This document shows, in pieces, positions 46,497 through 59,892 of a stretch of DNA of 64,000 nt. Positions within the stretch are counted from its first letter, which is position 1. The number at the start of each line of letters is the position of its first letter. The stretch is from Lingula anatina (lineage: Eukaryota; Animalia; Brachiopoda). The stretch covers positions 1,116,001 through 1,180,000 of the forward strand of contig JBPQGU010000016.1 in assembly GCA_051362555.1 (NCBI GenBank). Reading direction: 5' to 3'. The position numbers and the translations under genes were made by a program. The notes beneath the pieces are model-generated. The model was not told the origin of the DNA and made no database searches. It saw only the letters and a program-made list of their open reading frames with translations.

Positions 46497-47048
46497 TACC
46501 CCATTCACACTACAGTTGCAAAAATGCGCATTTCTATAATCCGAATTTTTCGTGAGGAATTCGATCGGTATTGCGTTCACACACGCTAAGCGAAACCGAA
46601 TTACACGTTGAAAATTTCAGGTTTAACTTCCTGTTTTGAACACTCACGCATGCGCCGCACAGGAAATCTTAAAATACCAACAAAAATTTGTGACGACAAA
46701 TGCAACTCTAAAGACATTCCAGCATTCTTGAGAAGTATAAGATGGCAAAATAAGTTTGTTTCCTCATGTTGTAGTGAGTGGTGGCCTCCAAATACGTTTG
46801 GTGCAATCGCTTAAGTAATAAACAAGCGTTCATAGATACCCGCACTTATCTGCACACATGCGCAGTTAGATCTGTACAGGTGTCGATTCCGGTAAGTTAT
46901 CCGGATCGCGCTTAGAAATCCACCTCGCTTGCAGGATTTTGAAAATGCGCATTACAAAAATCCTCTTGCGTTCACACTACTGCATTTATTCGAATTGTGA
47001 CCTAATTCGCAATTTATCCGGATAACTGAGCGTAGTGTGAACGGGGTA
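46497..47048. mobile_element. PIF/Harbinger-type MITE
   Basis: TIR TACCCCATTCACACTAC / GTAGTGTGAACGGGGTA with TTA TSD. Confidence 0.8.
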
Positions 47049-47508
47049 TTAGCTTTAAATGCTTTTAATGAATTACATGAAACATGACATCAATTATCAG
47101 CATGGAGAATAAATCTGATCAGAATGTTACTAGCAATATGGAATACTATACTTCACAGAAATACAAAAAGGATCCTGGTATACATATGATTTTTCCTGTT
47201 GTCTGGATCAAATATTTTCTTTTGATCCAGAAAAAAAAGAAAAAAGTTTTTCTTCCTATTGTTCATCTGATTTTTTTTTAAATGATCAATTTCCACTGCA
47301 GATTCATAAAAAAGGTGACATCAGGGGTTTCAGACAAACCAACCTTTTTGCCAAGAAAAGGTCAGATCTGGGTAAAAATTGATCTAGGTACATGGATGTT
47401 TCATGGAAAAGGGTCCCCCTTTTTCAGAAAAAGCCCCCCCCCCCCTTTTTTTTTTTTAAATCACTGACTTCAGGCCTGTGTCCGTAACTTATGTCTTCCC
47501 TCTTTCAG

Positions 47509-47609
47509 AATGATGAATGCTCACTGTTTGTACCTCTACTCTGGCTTCAATATTCTGTTGGTGGAATACAGAGGCTATGGTAAAAGTCAAGGAAGCCCAT
47601 CAGAGGAAG
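47509..47609 (+). CDS. ABHD13: ABHD13 exon 3
   Basis: NILLVEYRGYGKSQGSPSEE; phase 2/1. Confidence 0.95.
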
Positions 47610-48092
47610 GTAAGCTCTCTCCAGGGTCATAAGACCTAGGGCCAAAACTTTTCCAAGCAAACCATCTAGACGTCATTTGTACATCCACCAGCTTCACCAA
47701 ACAGCCTATATTTTCAAAGACCGCTGGATGGCTTTTGAATTTTTTTGAAAAATGTTGGCCTGGACTCCCTGAAACTTTGTAGGAAATTACAGGTGGTCAT
47801 TTTGGATGGCCTGTACCCGCAATCTTGGGAAAAGTCCTGCCTAGGACCAGTTTCATTCAAAAAGGATAGAGTGCTAGTAATGAATGAATTAATAAATGAA
47901 TGGATCAGTGGATGGACAGATTGGTAGATGGGTAGTTGCGTAATGGACTGATCAATGGTTTATAGTTACACTAAAAATAATGATCAAATAATAATAACCA
48001 AATAAAAATAATAAATAAATAAATCGATAGATAAATATGAAAAAGATTATGAAGAAATGAGTCTAAATGTGCAACATCAATTTTCTTTACAG

Positions 48093-48346
48093 GTCTGTAC
48101 CTGGATGCCCTAGCAGCAATGAAATATATTTTTCAAAGAGAAGACATTGACCACTCTAAAATAGTTGTGTTTGGGAGGTCTCTGGGAGGGGCGGTAGCTA
48201 TATATGTATCTACCCATCCACACTATAGCAGGAAGATCTTTGCCGTGATTTTAGAGAATACATTTACCTCCTTGCCGCAGGTGGCTAAGGCAATATTTCA
48301 CTTAGGTTTTCTACAAAGATTACCAAACTGGAGTTTTAAAAACCAG
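48093..48346 (+). CDS. ABHD13: ABHD13 exon 4 (nucleophile elbow)
   Basis: GLYLDA...FGRSLGGAVAI...ILENTFTSLP...FKNQ. Confidence 0.95.
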
Positions 48347-48426
48347 GTGAGAAAACATATGCGTGATTTGTTTTGATTTTTGTGTATTTATTGACTAGGT
48401 ATTTATTTATTTATTATTATTGTAAT

Positions 48427-51400
48427 TTTTATGTACAGACACAGATGTGTCTGTACATATTGCCATCACCTGCGTCTGTCGGCGCCGTCGTCGCTGTCGC
48501 CAGCGCCGTGCACTTTCCTTGTAAACACGATAAGTGGAAGGCAGTTTTACTTTTTGGCTTTATATTTACAGAGCTGATGAATATTCATAAAACGCAGGTC
48601 AAGTTCGAAAATCAGCATGATCGGGCCATTATTGTTGAAGTTATGCTGTTTTTTCACTTTTCAGCATAAATGCAACACTGTAAACACATTTCAAGGAAAA
48701 CCGATAGGCCTGTTGTCATGAAACTCACAGGAGTAATCAATCCTAGTAAAATGCAGGTCAAGTTCGAAAATCGGCATGATCGGGCCACTATTTTAGTAGT
48801 TATGCTGTTTTTTCATTTTTCTGCATATATGCAACACTGTAAACACAATATAAGAAAAACAGATTGGCCAATTGTCATTAAACTCACAGGAGTGGTCAAT
48901 CTTACTAAAACGCAGGTTGAGTTCCAAAATCAGCATAATCGGGCCATTATTTTAGAAGTTATACTGTTTTTTCACATTTCCTCAGATTCAATTCTTAGGC
49001 ATGTTAACAGTCTTATTGTTTTACTAATAAGATACATAAAAGTGTTTGTTTGACATTTCCTGCATCTTTACAACATTGTAAGTTGATTATGTAAAAATGA
49101 TGGTAAACTTGTTATCGTGTATTGTGTAATAAAGTGTCAAAAATGGAAATAAACTCATATCATTGCAGTTTGTCAGATTCAATCATTCACTATGTTCAGA
49201 ATCTCGGATTGGAGGAAATTGGACATTTAACACTATTCTATTGATATTTTTCCCATCTCATCAATTTTCTTAGTTGATCATATCAAAATTGCAGTAAACT
49301 GTTAATTTTGTTTTATGTTAAAAAAGTGTTAAAAATGGAAATAAACCCATGTCAGAACAGTGCTGTCTTGTTTCACATTTCCTCAGATTCAATTCTTAGG
49401 CATGTTAACAGTCTCATTATTTAACTAATAAGACATGTAAAAGTGTTTGGTTGACATTTCCTGCATCTTTACAACATTATTAGTTGATTATGTAAAAATG
49501 ATGGTAAACTTGTTATCGTGTATTGTGTAATAAAGTGTCAAAAATGGAAATAAACTCATATCATTGCAGTTTGTCAGATTCAATCATTCACTATGTTCAG
49601 AATCTCAGAATGGAGAAAATTGGACATTTAACACTGTTGTATTGATATTTTTCCCATCTCATCAATTTTCTTAGTTGATCGTATAAAAATGGCAGTAACC
49701 TGTAAATTTTGTTTTATGTTAAAAAAATTGTTAAAAATGAAAAAAAAAACAAAAAAAAAACATTTCAGAACAGTGCTGTCTTTGTTTACATTTTGGCATT
49801 TTCAAGTTGTGACTTTGAAGTTCCATGGGCCTGAAGACCTTTGCTAGTCACATTTTCTGAATATCCATGATACTAATATTTTATTATTAAAATTGATGGT
49901 CATTATGCTGTTAAACATTATGTAATATTCCATCAAAATTAAAAAAAAAAAACTATTCTGGGCACTGCTCCCATGATGACCATTTAAGAAAAAACCATGT
50001 CACTTACTGTTCTCAAACAGTACAGTAAATAAGTACAGATGTGTCTGTACATATTGCCATCACCTGCGTCTGTCGTCGCCGTCACTGGCGCTGGCGCCGT
50101 GCACTTTCATTGTAAACACGATAAGTGGAAGGCAGTTTTACTTTTTTGCTGTATATTTACAGAGCTGATGAATATTCATAAAATGCAGGTCAAGTTCGAA
50201 AATCAGCATGATCGGGCCATTATTGTAGAAGTTACGCTGTTTTTTCACTTTTCAGCATATATGCAACACTGTAAACACATTTCAAGGAAAACCGATTGGC
50301 CTTTTGTCATGAAACTCAAAGGAGTAATCGATCTTACTATAACACAGGTCAAGTTCGAAAATCCGCATGATGGGGCCACTATTTTAGTAGTTATGCTGTT
50401 TTTTACACTTTTCAGCATATATGCAACACTGTAAACACAATATAAGAAAAACAGATAGGCCAATTGTCATTAAACTCACAGGAGTGGTCATTCCTGCTAA
50501 AACGCAGGTTGAGTTCAAAAATCAGCATAATCGGGCCATTATTTTAAAGAAATGCCGTTTTTTCACATTTCCTCAGATTAAATTCTTAGGCATGTTAACA
50601 GTTTCAATTTTTAATTAATATGATACGTAAAAGTGTTTATTTGGCATTCCCTGCATCTTTACAACATCATTACTTGATTATGTAAAAATGATGGTAAACT
50701 TGTTATGGTGTATTGTGTAATAAAGTGTCAAAAATGGAAATAAACTCATATCATTGCAGTTTGTCAGATTCAATCATTCACTATGTTCAGAATCTCAGAA
50801 TGGAAGAAATTGGACATTTAACACTGCTCTATTAATATTTTTCCCCTCTCATCAATTTTCTTAGTTGATCATATAAAAACGGTAGTAAACTGTTAATTTT
50901 GTTTTTATGTTAGAAATTGATAAAACTGGAAAAAAAAAAAACATTTCAGAACATTGCTGTCTTGTTTACATTTTGGCATTTTCAAGTTGTGACTTTGAAG
51001 TTCCATGGGCCTGAAGACCTTTGCTAGTCACATTTTCTGAATATCCATAATACTAATATTTTATTATTAAAATTGATGGTCATTATGCTGTTAAACATTA
51101 TGTAATATTGCATCAAAATTAAAAAAAAAAAAAAAACTATTTTGGGCACTGCTCCCATGATGACCATTTAAGAAAACCCATGTCAGTTACTGTTCTCAAA
51201 CTTACAGGAAAGAAACATGGGACTAAAATTCAGCTTCAGTAGGCAATGCAGTCTGTTTGGTACGGTAAAGTGCCATGAATTTCGAACAGCTCTTGAATTT
51301 CGAACGATCTTAAAATCGGCCGTCTGGAGTTTTTTCTGGACCATGAATTTCGGCCAGTAAGCAATTTTGCGCGATCTTCATTTCGTGAATTTCGTACACC

Positions 51401-54400
51401 TTAAAATCGGCCACCGGGCTATTCTCGCGCTTATAAAGTTCTAACAGTCGGCAATGTTGCCCTAGCGTACCTTTACCTGAGTACTACGTGTGCGGCCCAA
51501 GGTGCAAGATAACGATCAGTACAGTTAGTTTAGGACGCTAAACAACCTTGTCATATCCATTCATTCAGATAACAGGAGAATCTATTAAGAGTTGTACTGT
51601 CGGGCTGTTGTTTCTTTACCGCAGTATTCGGTGTGAGATAGCGATCGGTAGTTTTGCTGAGGCGCACAATAGCATTGTTAACAGTAGAGACTTCAGTAAC
51701 AGAACAAAAGAGCAATATTAAGAGCTGCAATAAAGATTACCATTATTGCTTTCTTGTCTCGCTCAGATCGTTCACGATCTCCCGCTGACGATCTTCCGCT
51801 AATGAAGTCCCTTGAAATGTACAAATGAAATGAAAAATATTTTTAAAAATTATAAATTCCAATGGGGAGGGATGGAGGGTTAAAAACAATCGAGAACGAT
51901 CTCCGGCTGACGATCTGCCGCAAACGAAAGCCACTGAACGAGTATGAGCTTTCTCGTTTCACTCGGATTGCGACGCTGACGATACGAAAATTGCGTTCTC
52001 GTCTTGCCCTTTGGCTTACGAAGTCTCTTTAACAAATATGAAAATTGCCTCCTGGTCTCTCTCGGATTGCGAACGATCTCTCGCTGAAAATTTGAAATTT
52101 TCCTTTTTGTCAATCAGCTGTGTCAGTTGCCGTGCGTATGAAGGTCGGGAAGGTGTCCCCTTTCACAAATTGGCCTGTAGTTTGCTTATAGTGTTTTGTA
52201 CCGCATGAAGGTCACTCTTGTCACTGCTGCTTACGGCGTGGAATGTGTATCTTAAAGTTCATAGAAACATTTTATTGTGTTTTGTAAGCTTTAGGAACTA
52301 GTTTCGTCGTGACTGAATATCAGCGCACACTACAAAGTAGTACCATTCATCTGTGACGCATCATAAAAGCTAGGTACGTCAAATTACTCTAAGAAAATTT
52401 CTTACAACGTCCACGGCTGTCCCGACAAGCCAAGACGTCATTAAAAAAAAAATCGCAATCCGTCTAGCCGTCTTTGAAAATATAGGCCGTCCGGTGATGT
52501 CAGCGGCCGTCCAAATGACGGCTGGACGGTTCGCTGGGAATAGCCTTGCTCATAAGGGTATATTTATTTATTTAACTAGGGGCTTACTGACTTCACCCAG
52601 CTTACATGCGGGTGCATGCCTCCCAAAATTATATTAAAGGATAAAATTGTAATATATCTAAGTTTAATTGTTTGTAAATTTTGTAAAAATTGCCCATGCC
52701 ACCCCGTTAGTTTGGAGGGTTAAGCTGGATCAAGTCCGTGTCAAAATTCTTTGAAACTTTGCAGGAAAAATCACTCTTCCTTTGTTTCTCTGGCTCCTTG
52801 TTTAGCCCGATGATCAGATTTATCTAGTGCCCCCAGGTCTGCTGGAGCAGCTTTTTGAAATAACACACAAGTAGATTTTTATCTGAGATAAATATCGCGT
52901 TCGATACACTCAAGACAAAAGCTACCTGTGAGCTGAAGGGCACTTTACCCTCTAATTAAGAGGTAAAGCAAGTTCCAGCTAGATGGACGACTAAGATCGG
53001 ACTTCAGATGGTAACTAGTATTGTTTACCTCAGTTCTGTGAAAGCAAACGAGAAGGGTGTCAGAACAATGGTGCATATATAAATTATACAGAGAATTTGT
53101 ACATTCAGGTGACATTAACTTATAATCGAAGGGGATTTTCGATAATATTCCTTGAAAAGTACACTAGATTAATAGAGAATAATATCATGGTTGGCCAAAA
53201 AATTATATACGCACAGTGTATCCGTGCGTATGCCTGGTTACGCCCCTGTCGCAAACCAGCAAACCATATCCTGCTGACTACATGAAAATTGCCATCTAGC
53301 ATGGACAAAAAGTCCAAGCTTCTATGCTTGCTCGGATCGCTGACGATCTCTTGCTGACGAGTATAGTAACGAAGTCCCTTGAACTAGTGTGGAAATTGGC
53401 TTATTGTCGCGCTCAGATCGCTCACTATCTCCCATTGACGATCTTCCAGTCCCTTGAACGAATATAAAAACTGCCTTTTCGGTTTACTCTAGATTACCTC
53501 GCGTTTGTTTGAAGATGGTTTCAATGACAAAACGTACACGCGTTTCAAATGCGTACATTGACGCAACTATGCGCCAGGAAATTAGTTGCTGCTGCTGGTT
53601 AAGATTGGGTTGCCTGAGCTAAAAAAAAAAAAAAAAACGGCCCTGCACCCCCCCTCCCCAAACCTAGTATATTTGATCGCAGACAACAATCAGCGGTCAT
53701 CTTGGTCGCAGCGCACGACGGAGAGAGACCGTAATACACAGTTCGGCTGCCGTGGCGAAGGCTACCTGTGCGCAGCACATACCGATCTGCGGTCGTAGTG
53801 GCCTTCCCGCACGGAGGAGAGACCGTAGTGCCGAGGCCGGCTTCTGCAGGGAAGGCTACGTATGCGTCGGAGAAACCGACCCGCGAACGGCGAGATGAGG
53901 ACGCATTCGCGCGTAAAGCTCCGCCCGACTTTAACGGTAAAGGCAACGAACCTGGTCGCGGAAGACACTTATCGCAGATGAAGGCTACCTGCACGTGCGC
54001 CATAGACACTGATCGGCTGTCGTCTCAGTTTCAGTGCACGGAAAGGAGCAACGGTAACACTAAGCTTCCATAGTAAAGGTTATCTGGCCGTGGCAGACGC
54101 TAATCGTCGGCCGTCTCTCCCTCCGTCCACTCCCGTTCTGAGCGCCAGGATCGTTTTTGAAAAACGACACTAGTTTCTGGCTACCAGAATCGCTTTTGAA
54201 AAACGACACTACTGATAACAATGCTGTTTTGCGGCCCTAGACAACAGTACCACTCTATCTATGGGCCATACACAGTGATCGGGTGAAAGTACGTGTATAC
54301 CTTTGGTCGCAATTACCGACACTCACACAATCATACATTATGGTAACTCTAAATAGATCGTCGGGAGAAGGCCTAGCGACGAACAGACAACTTCCGGTCA

Positions 54401-54697
54401 AAATTGACAGAATTCCATGAAATTCGAACTTTTGGAAGTTCTGAGCACCTCCATTTCATGAATTTCGGCCAGAACGATCTTTTCCCAAATTTAATTATTT
54501 TCTACTGTTCGAAATTCATGGCACATTACCGTAATTCTTACTGCCAGTTAAACACTTTCACATATTGGCATTTTCAAGGTGTGACTTTGAAGTTCCATGG
54601 GCTTGTTTATTATTGCATCAAAATTGGCAAAATTACCTCTTTCGCATCCTTTTTTCTGTTATTTTGTCTGTACATTTGACAGCTTTGCTGCCTTGTT
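48427..54697 (+). mobile_element. Second HINE/DINE-1-like family element in ABHD13 intron 4, internally duplicated and interrupted
   Basis: 5' T-run, ATGTACAGAC subTIR with inverted GTCTGTACAT, (GTC/GGC) microsatellite, 159-bp units, restart at 50036. The 3' end has subTIR GTCTGTACAT, hairpin CAGC-ttt-GCTG and a T-run at 54667-54700. Confidence 0.7.
51263..54531. mobile_element. Non-autonomous Tc1/mariner/pogo-like DNA transposon
   Basis: TIR CGGTAAAGTGCCATGAATTTCGAACAG / CTGTTCGAAATTCATGGCACATTACCG, TA TSD, subterminal gaatttcg repeats; no recognisable transposase. Confidence 0.75.
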
Positions 54698-54896
54698 TTT
54701 TTTTTTTGGGGGGGGGGGGGGGTGTGTGAAGAGATGTGTTTCCAACAGTTTACACCATATTGTTATATTAGTTATCTCTATTCTAGGTGCATAACATTGA
54801 AAGGAATGTTTGTCTGATTGTTCAGGTTACATATTAGAATAAGAAATCATGTTATTATCATAACTGACCTTGAAGACCTTGATTCAATGATTTCAG

Positions 54897-55001
54897 TATC
54901 CATCTGTGATCCGTATCAGACAACTGCAGCTTCCTACTCTGTTCTTGTCAGGACAGAGCGATAATCTCGTCCCGCCTGCCATGATGAACGAGTTATACGA
55001 T
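54897..55001 (+). CDS. ABHD13: ABHD13 exon 5 (catalytic Asp)
   Basis: YPSVIRIRQLQLPTLFLSGQSDNLVPPAMMNELYD; phase 0/0. Confidence 0.93.
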
Positions 55002-55143
55002 GTAAGTATTAATCGATCTGTGTGATGATAAACAGTTTGATGACCAACTTTTGGATCATTACTGTAAATAGGTAATAATATAAATAATATATAATTATTA
55101 AATTTGTGCATGTACATATAATTCATATGGATGGATGTTTCAG

Positions 55144-55251
55144 AAATCTGGCAGTATACTAAAAAGACTGGTGAAGTTTCAAGGAGCCTCCCATAACGAA
55201 ACATGGCAGAGCAACGGGTACTATGATGCTATAAATAACTTTATGATGGAG
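55144..55251 (+). CDS. ABHD13: ABHD13 exon 6 (catalytic His)
   Basis: KSGSILKRLVKFQGASHNETWQSNGYYDAINNFMME. Confidence 0.93.
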
Positions 55252-55697
55252 GTTAGTCAATTTGTGTAAACTTAAAGCCTCATTTTGAACTCAAGTGGAT
55301 CTGTCAGACAATTTGTATTCTTAAAGATTGGGCAGATCATTGGACAAACTTACATCTCAGAATATTTCAAAGCCTTTCTTTGAAAAATCAATGAGTGAAT
55401 TGAAAAAATCTTGGAAAGCTCTATGCCTCTTACTAAGGAAATCTTATGCATGGTCTTTTTTCCTTATTATTCAAATTTCCTTTTTTTTTGACAAAATGAT
55501 TAATATTTCCTTATTTAGTTAGAGTCATGTTGCAGTGGTTGCACACAGTTAAAATTTCATTGAATCTTTTAATTTTTCAAAGTTAAAAACACAAAACATA
55601 ATGCTGCTCCCTCAAGTATGTAGATCTGTGTAATAATGATAAGTTTTTAGTTTATAAGGGTTCAACTGATTGAAATTTGGCCTTTTTTTCTTTCAAG

Positions 55698-55796
55698 GTA
55701 TACAAATCTAAGGTTGTGAGATCGTCTGCAGACACAAGGTTAGAACTAGGTGACGGTCAAGGTGATCATGTGGAAGGGGAGGTCAAGGTCATCTAA
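55698..55796 (+). CDS. ABHD13: ABHD13 exon 7 (C-terminal tail)
   Basis: Pyrimidine tract and aag|; VYKSKVVR...EVKVI*; AATAAA at 55975. Confidence 0.7.
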   Translation, partial: VYKSKVVRSSADTRLELGDGQGDHVEGEVKVI

Positions 55797-57111
55797 CAGC
55801 TGACAACTTTCTTTTGAAATATCAGGCGGCCTTTGGGCTTTAAGATATCTTAATCATAAAGACATAAAGGAAGCTTTGTTGTATAGAAGTATAGTAAGAG
55901 TTGTGATTGGTTTAATTTATGAAAGTAAACCATGTCAGCTTTGAAACAAGTGAACAGCACAAGAACTGAAATTTAATAAAAGTCTGAAATTAAAAGTGAA
56001 GCATGGACACTCACCTGAAATTAAAGATGAAGCATGGACACTCACAAAGTATTTTTTTGAATCAATAGTAATCGGTAAGAAAATTCAGATCAATAACAAA
56101 TTTTAAAAAGGAAAATGCAGTAGGTTTTAATTGCAAATTTTGTGCAGGAAATTGCTGCCTTTGTCTTTATGATGATGCAGTGTCAGCAATCTTGCTGCCT
56201 TTGATTCAATCGACTTAGTAACATTTCATTTATATATTATATCAACCAAATAATATGGGATCTTATGGCGTCAATGCGCAGTGTATGGGGCTGCAACTGT
56301 TGAACTCCATGGTAGAAATCTGTGATTATAATCTAAATAGGCCCCGATCACCTAAAAATACGGTTAAAATTTCCTTGGTACGGCACCCCACCCCCGTTGG
56401 CAGCCTACAGCTCTTTAAGGGATACATGCGATCTTAGCTGGGCAAATTAGCTTTGGGACGGATGCAGCCTCTTCCTTGAGATAATTATATATTTGTACAC
56501 AGTTTAAAATTAATGCTAAAATGTACGTCCAGTAATAAGAAATAAAGTGTTATTAAGAAAAAAGTAATAAACATTGAGAAATGTATGTATCGCATATTTA
56601 TTGGTATTGATTCTTAATATTTTACCAGATTAAAAAAAAAATACGAGATTATTTTCGATTAAGTATCAATAAAGAGCATTAATTTACAATGGATACATTG
56701 GATAAAGAATAATACTGCAAATTCAAATTGTCAGTCCGAAAAGTCTTCAAAGGGCAGGTCGTCGAGGACAATATGTGCCTTTGCCGAAGAGTTGTAATTA
56801 ATGATAAACGGCTGGTAGTTAATGACTTCAATGGGTTATAAATTTCGTAAATACCCTGTAAAAATGTACACATCTTTTCCGAAGATAACCGCCCCTGACC
56901 TTAAATGTACGTATATGTGCTTGGTTGTGCATGTTAGAAATATTCCTTGACAACAAACTAGGCCGGATCGAACTCGGGGTTATCAAATGTAAATAATATC
57001 TCGTCATGAGACCAGTCGTTATATAAAACCCACATGTAGGTGAGTGTGAGCGTCTGAACCAAAATACTTGACACTGCCAGGGGTTTAAAGCACCTATACA
57101 GGGCGTCCATC

Positions 57112-57237
57112 ATGGTGAGAGCGTGGTATCTGGAAGGTGATGACGGCGGCATCAAAGCTGTGTCGCAGGAGAATGGCCGGGTGAAGTTGCTTGACGTGGA
57201 TGAACTGACAGAGAAGACTGGGTTGTTATTCTGGACG
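57112..57237 (+). CDS. ADI1: Acireductone dioxygenase-like exon 1
   Basis: MVRAWYLE...ELTEKTGLLFWT; GC donor ACG|GCAAGT required for phase 0; TATATAAA at 57020. Confidence 0.85.
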
Positions 57238-57393
57238 GCAAGTAGATATAACAGATTATTTTCTTCGTACTGCTGTCGAACTAGACGTGAAGTACGTTTT
57301 ACGTTCTAGTTAGTCAACGTTTTCCCTCGTCCTGCTCTGACTCTTTTCCAGATGCTCTCTTATCCTATATACGCTTCCCTTCCTTCCTCCCTC

Positions 57394-57462
<69 letters not shown>

Positions 57463-57670
57463 TGCACCAACATGTGCGCACACGCGCACACACAACCAAG
57501 GCTGAGGCGGGGCAATGGGGGTATGTTTGCATGTTTGTAGGCCCGCCTCCAGACATTTTTGCTTGAATCTACGGCCACGCACACGAGCGTACGCTCTCTC
57601 TCTCCCTCTCTCTCTCTCTCTCTCATCAAGCGACTTTCCTGTATAAAACACAACTTATAAATTTTTCCAG

Positions 57671-57799
57671 ATAAATTTGGACAACATAGAAAATATAAAA
57701 GAGAACCAGACGCTGAAGAAGATAAAGCAAGAACGGGGCTACACGTGGGAAGACGACATTGAGATCTCGAAGGGAACTCTTCCAGACTTCGGAGAAAAG
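57671..57799 (+). CDS. ADI1: ADI1-like exon 2
   Basis: LKKIKQERGYTWEDDIEISKGTLPDFGEK. Confidence 0.9.
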
Positions 57800-58116
57800 G
57801 TGAGAGATGAAACACTGGGCTTTGAACTTGGATTGAAGTGGAGGCGACGTTGAAATAAAAAAGCTAATCTAATGTAAAAGGGATTCGAGGGTGCGTTCCC
57901 CGTGCGTCTCCAGCCCAACTACACGACTTTTTCCCCATAACCATTGAGGATATCTTTGGAAACCACCACTAAACCCAAATCACTAACCTTTTTACTACAA
58001 TAATTTATTCTTCAAGCAATTAAAACCAGATTTAGAATCACAAACTGGTCTTGAAAAATTTGTGTCTGTTAAGTAATCAAATAAAAAAATATTTTCTAAT
58101 AATTTGCTTTTTGTAG

Positions 58117-58299
58117 ACGAAGGCTTTTGCCACGGAGCACATGCACCCGGATGAGGAAGTTCGTTTGGTATTGGACGGCACTGGGTTCTTTGACGTCCGC
58201 GATCGTGAAGACCGCTGGATACGTCTGCAGTTTCAAAAAGGAGACATGATAGCGCTCCCTCCCGGCATGTACCACAGGTTTAACCTCGGTTCAGACGAG
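58117..58299 (+). CDS. ADI1: ADI1-like exon 3 (cupin metal ligands)
   Basis: [42 protein letters not shown]: His, His, Glu, His ligands present. Confidence 0.95.
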
Positions 58300-58322
58300 G
58301 TAGGTTTACATCGTGTGCATGT

Positions 58323-58396
<74 letters not shown>

Positions 58397-58991
58397 TGTG
58401 TGTGTGTACGTGCGTGAGTTTGTACATGGGTGCGTGAGGGTGTTCGCCAGCTTACAGGTACAGTCATTTTAAACGTGTGAGTGTGTGCGACAATATATCT
58501 AACTTTTTGCGACCCCAGCACATTAACATCATTTAATTAAGAAGCACATGTAATCTAGAAAGGTTATCACGAGATATGAGAGTCAAATAAAATCTTTTGC
58601 TGATAATTTTGAGACCTAGTTCGTAAAATAGGTCGATTTGAAAGTAGAGATAACCTGTGCAAACAGATTTTACTTAGACTTGTAGCTAAGGTATCAATAG
58701 AAGCATTTTAAATTTCGTTTAAGTGATTGTACCGCTTCTCTTAAGAGAAATATCAAGACAACTATGTGAACAAATTTACTGCAAAATTCAACTGAGTAAG
58801 AACACTGCGCACTGATGGACGACTCATCTACAAGGTCTTATAATTAAAAAAAAAGTAAATTGTGCAGACCCTAATTAGCGAAAGATGTTTTTGTCCGCAA
58901 TGTTACTCTCAATGGATTGTTCCAGCTAGTTGCCCTCCTAGTTGTATATTTGTAACCAGTTATCTAACAACTTATCATGGTTATGTTTCAG

Positions 58992-59066
58992 GGTTACCTT
59001 AAGCTCCATCGTATTTACTCCACCGTGCCGCAGTGGACTGCACACAACCGTATAGCAGACGACTAA
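58992..59066 (+). CDS. ADI1: ADI1-like exon 4
   Basis: GYLKLHRIYSTVPQWTAHNRIADD*, compare [22 protein letters not shown]. Confidence 0.85.
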   Translation, partial: GYLKLHRIYSTVPQWTAHNRIADD

Positions 59067-59263
59067 CTTGCAAGACAAGCCCACACCGAAAAACGTTGCC
59101 AAGAGGCTGGTCCTGCACAGCGCTGGTCTTGCAGGCGCGGTACATTTTTATGTAAATCATTGGCCTAACTTTTTGAATAATTTTGGTATTTGTGGTTGAT
59201 TGTTTGGTTTTCTAAGCCTCTTAGCAATAATTTTGATAGAGTAAACGATGTCGGTCTGATATT

Positions 59264-59310
<47 letters not shown>

Positions 59311-59844
59311 GCATTGTCATGAATAATATAGATGTAAACTTTAAGAATTTACGAAATCCGCAATAATTTAAAGACAATTTCAGTTTTATACATGAATTTC
59401 CAAATGTTGTCATTTTCCGGTATAAGCAGCTCTTAGAGAAAAATAAAGACCTTATGCATAGTATGTAAAAGTTATCTTTGAAAATTACATCTTGCATAAA
59501 CATATTTTATTATTTTACGTAATCCATACCGATTTTCACACCACTACTGTACACTTTCTTCAAAGAAAACAATGCCAGCTGGGATACAAAATAACCGCTC
59601 TTTACATGTCACATCGTAGTCGTCTTTAAAAGACATCCGTTATAGGAGAACACATAAGTTTACGTACATTATTTTTTATAATCATTATCTATTTGTGAAT
59701 AATACGATTTAAGTGGGCACATCGCTCCGTTAATGCAGTATTCCAAGAAGAAACCTTGCTTTTCTTGCACGGCAACGGTTTTGAAACCTGTGAAGCAACA
59801 GGTTTACAGTAAATTTTAACCGGTTGTGTCTATGCTTGAACTTT

Positions 59845-59892
<48 letters not shown>

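Noticed and set aside
57352-57815. ER/SL/HT/CV-repeat ORFs (also 58233-58521 and 59826-60167)
   Set aside because: Translations of (CT)n and (CA)n microsatellites.
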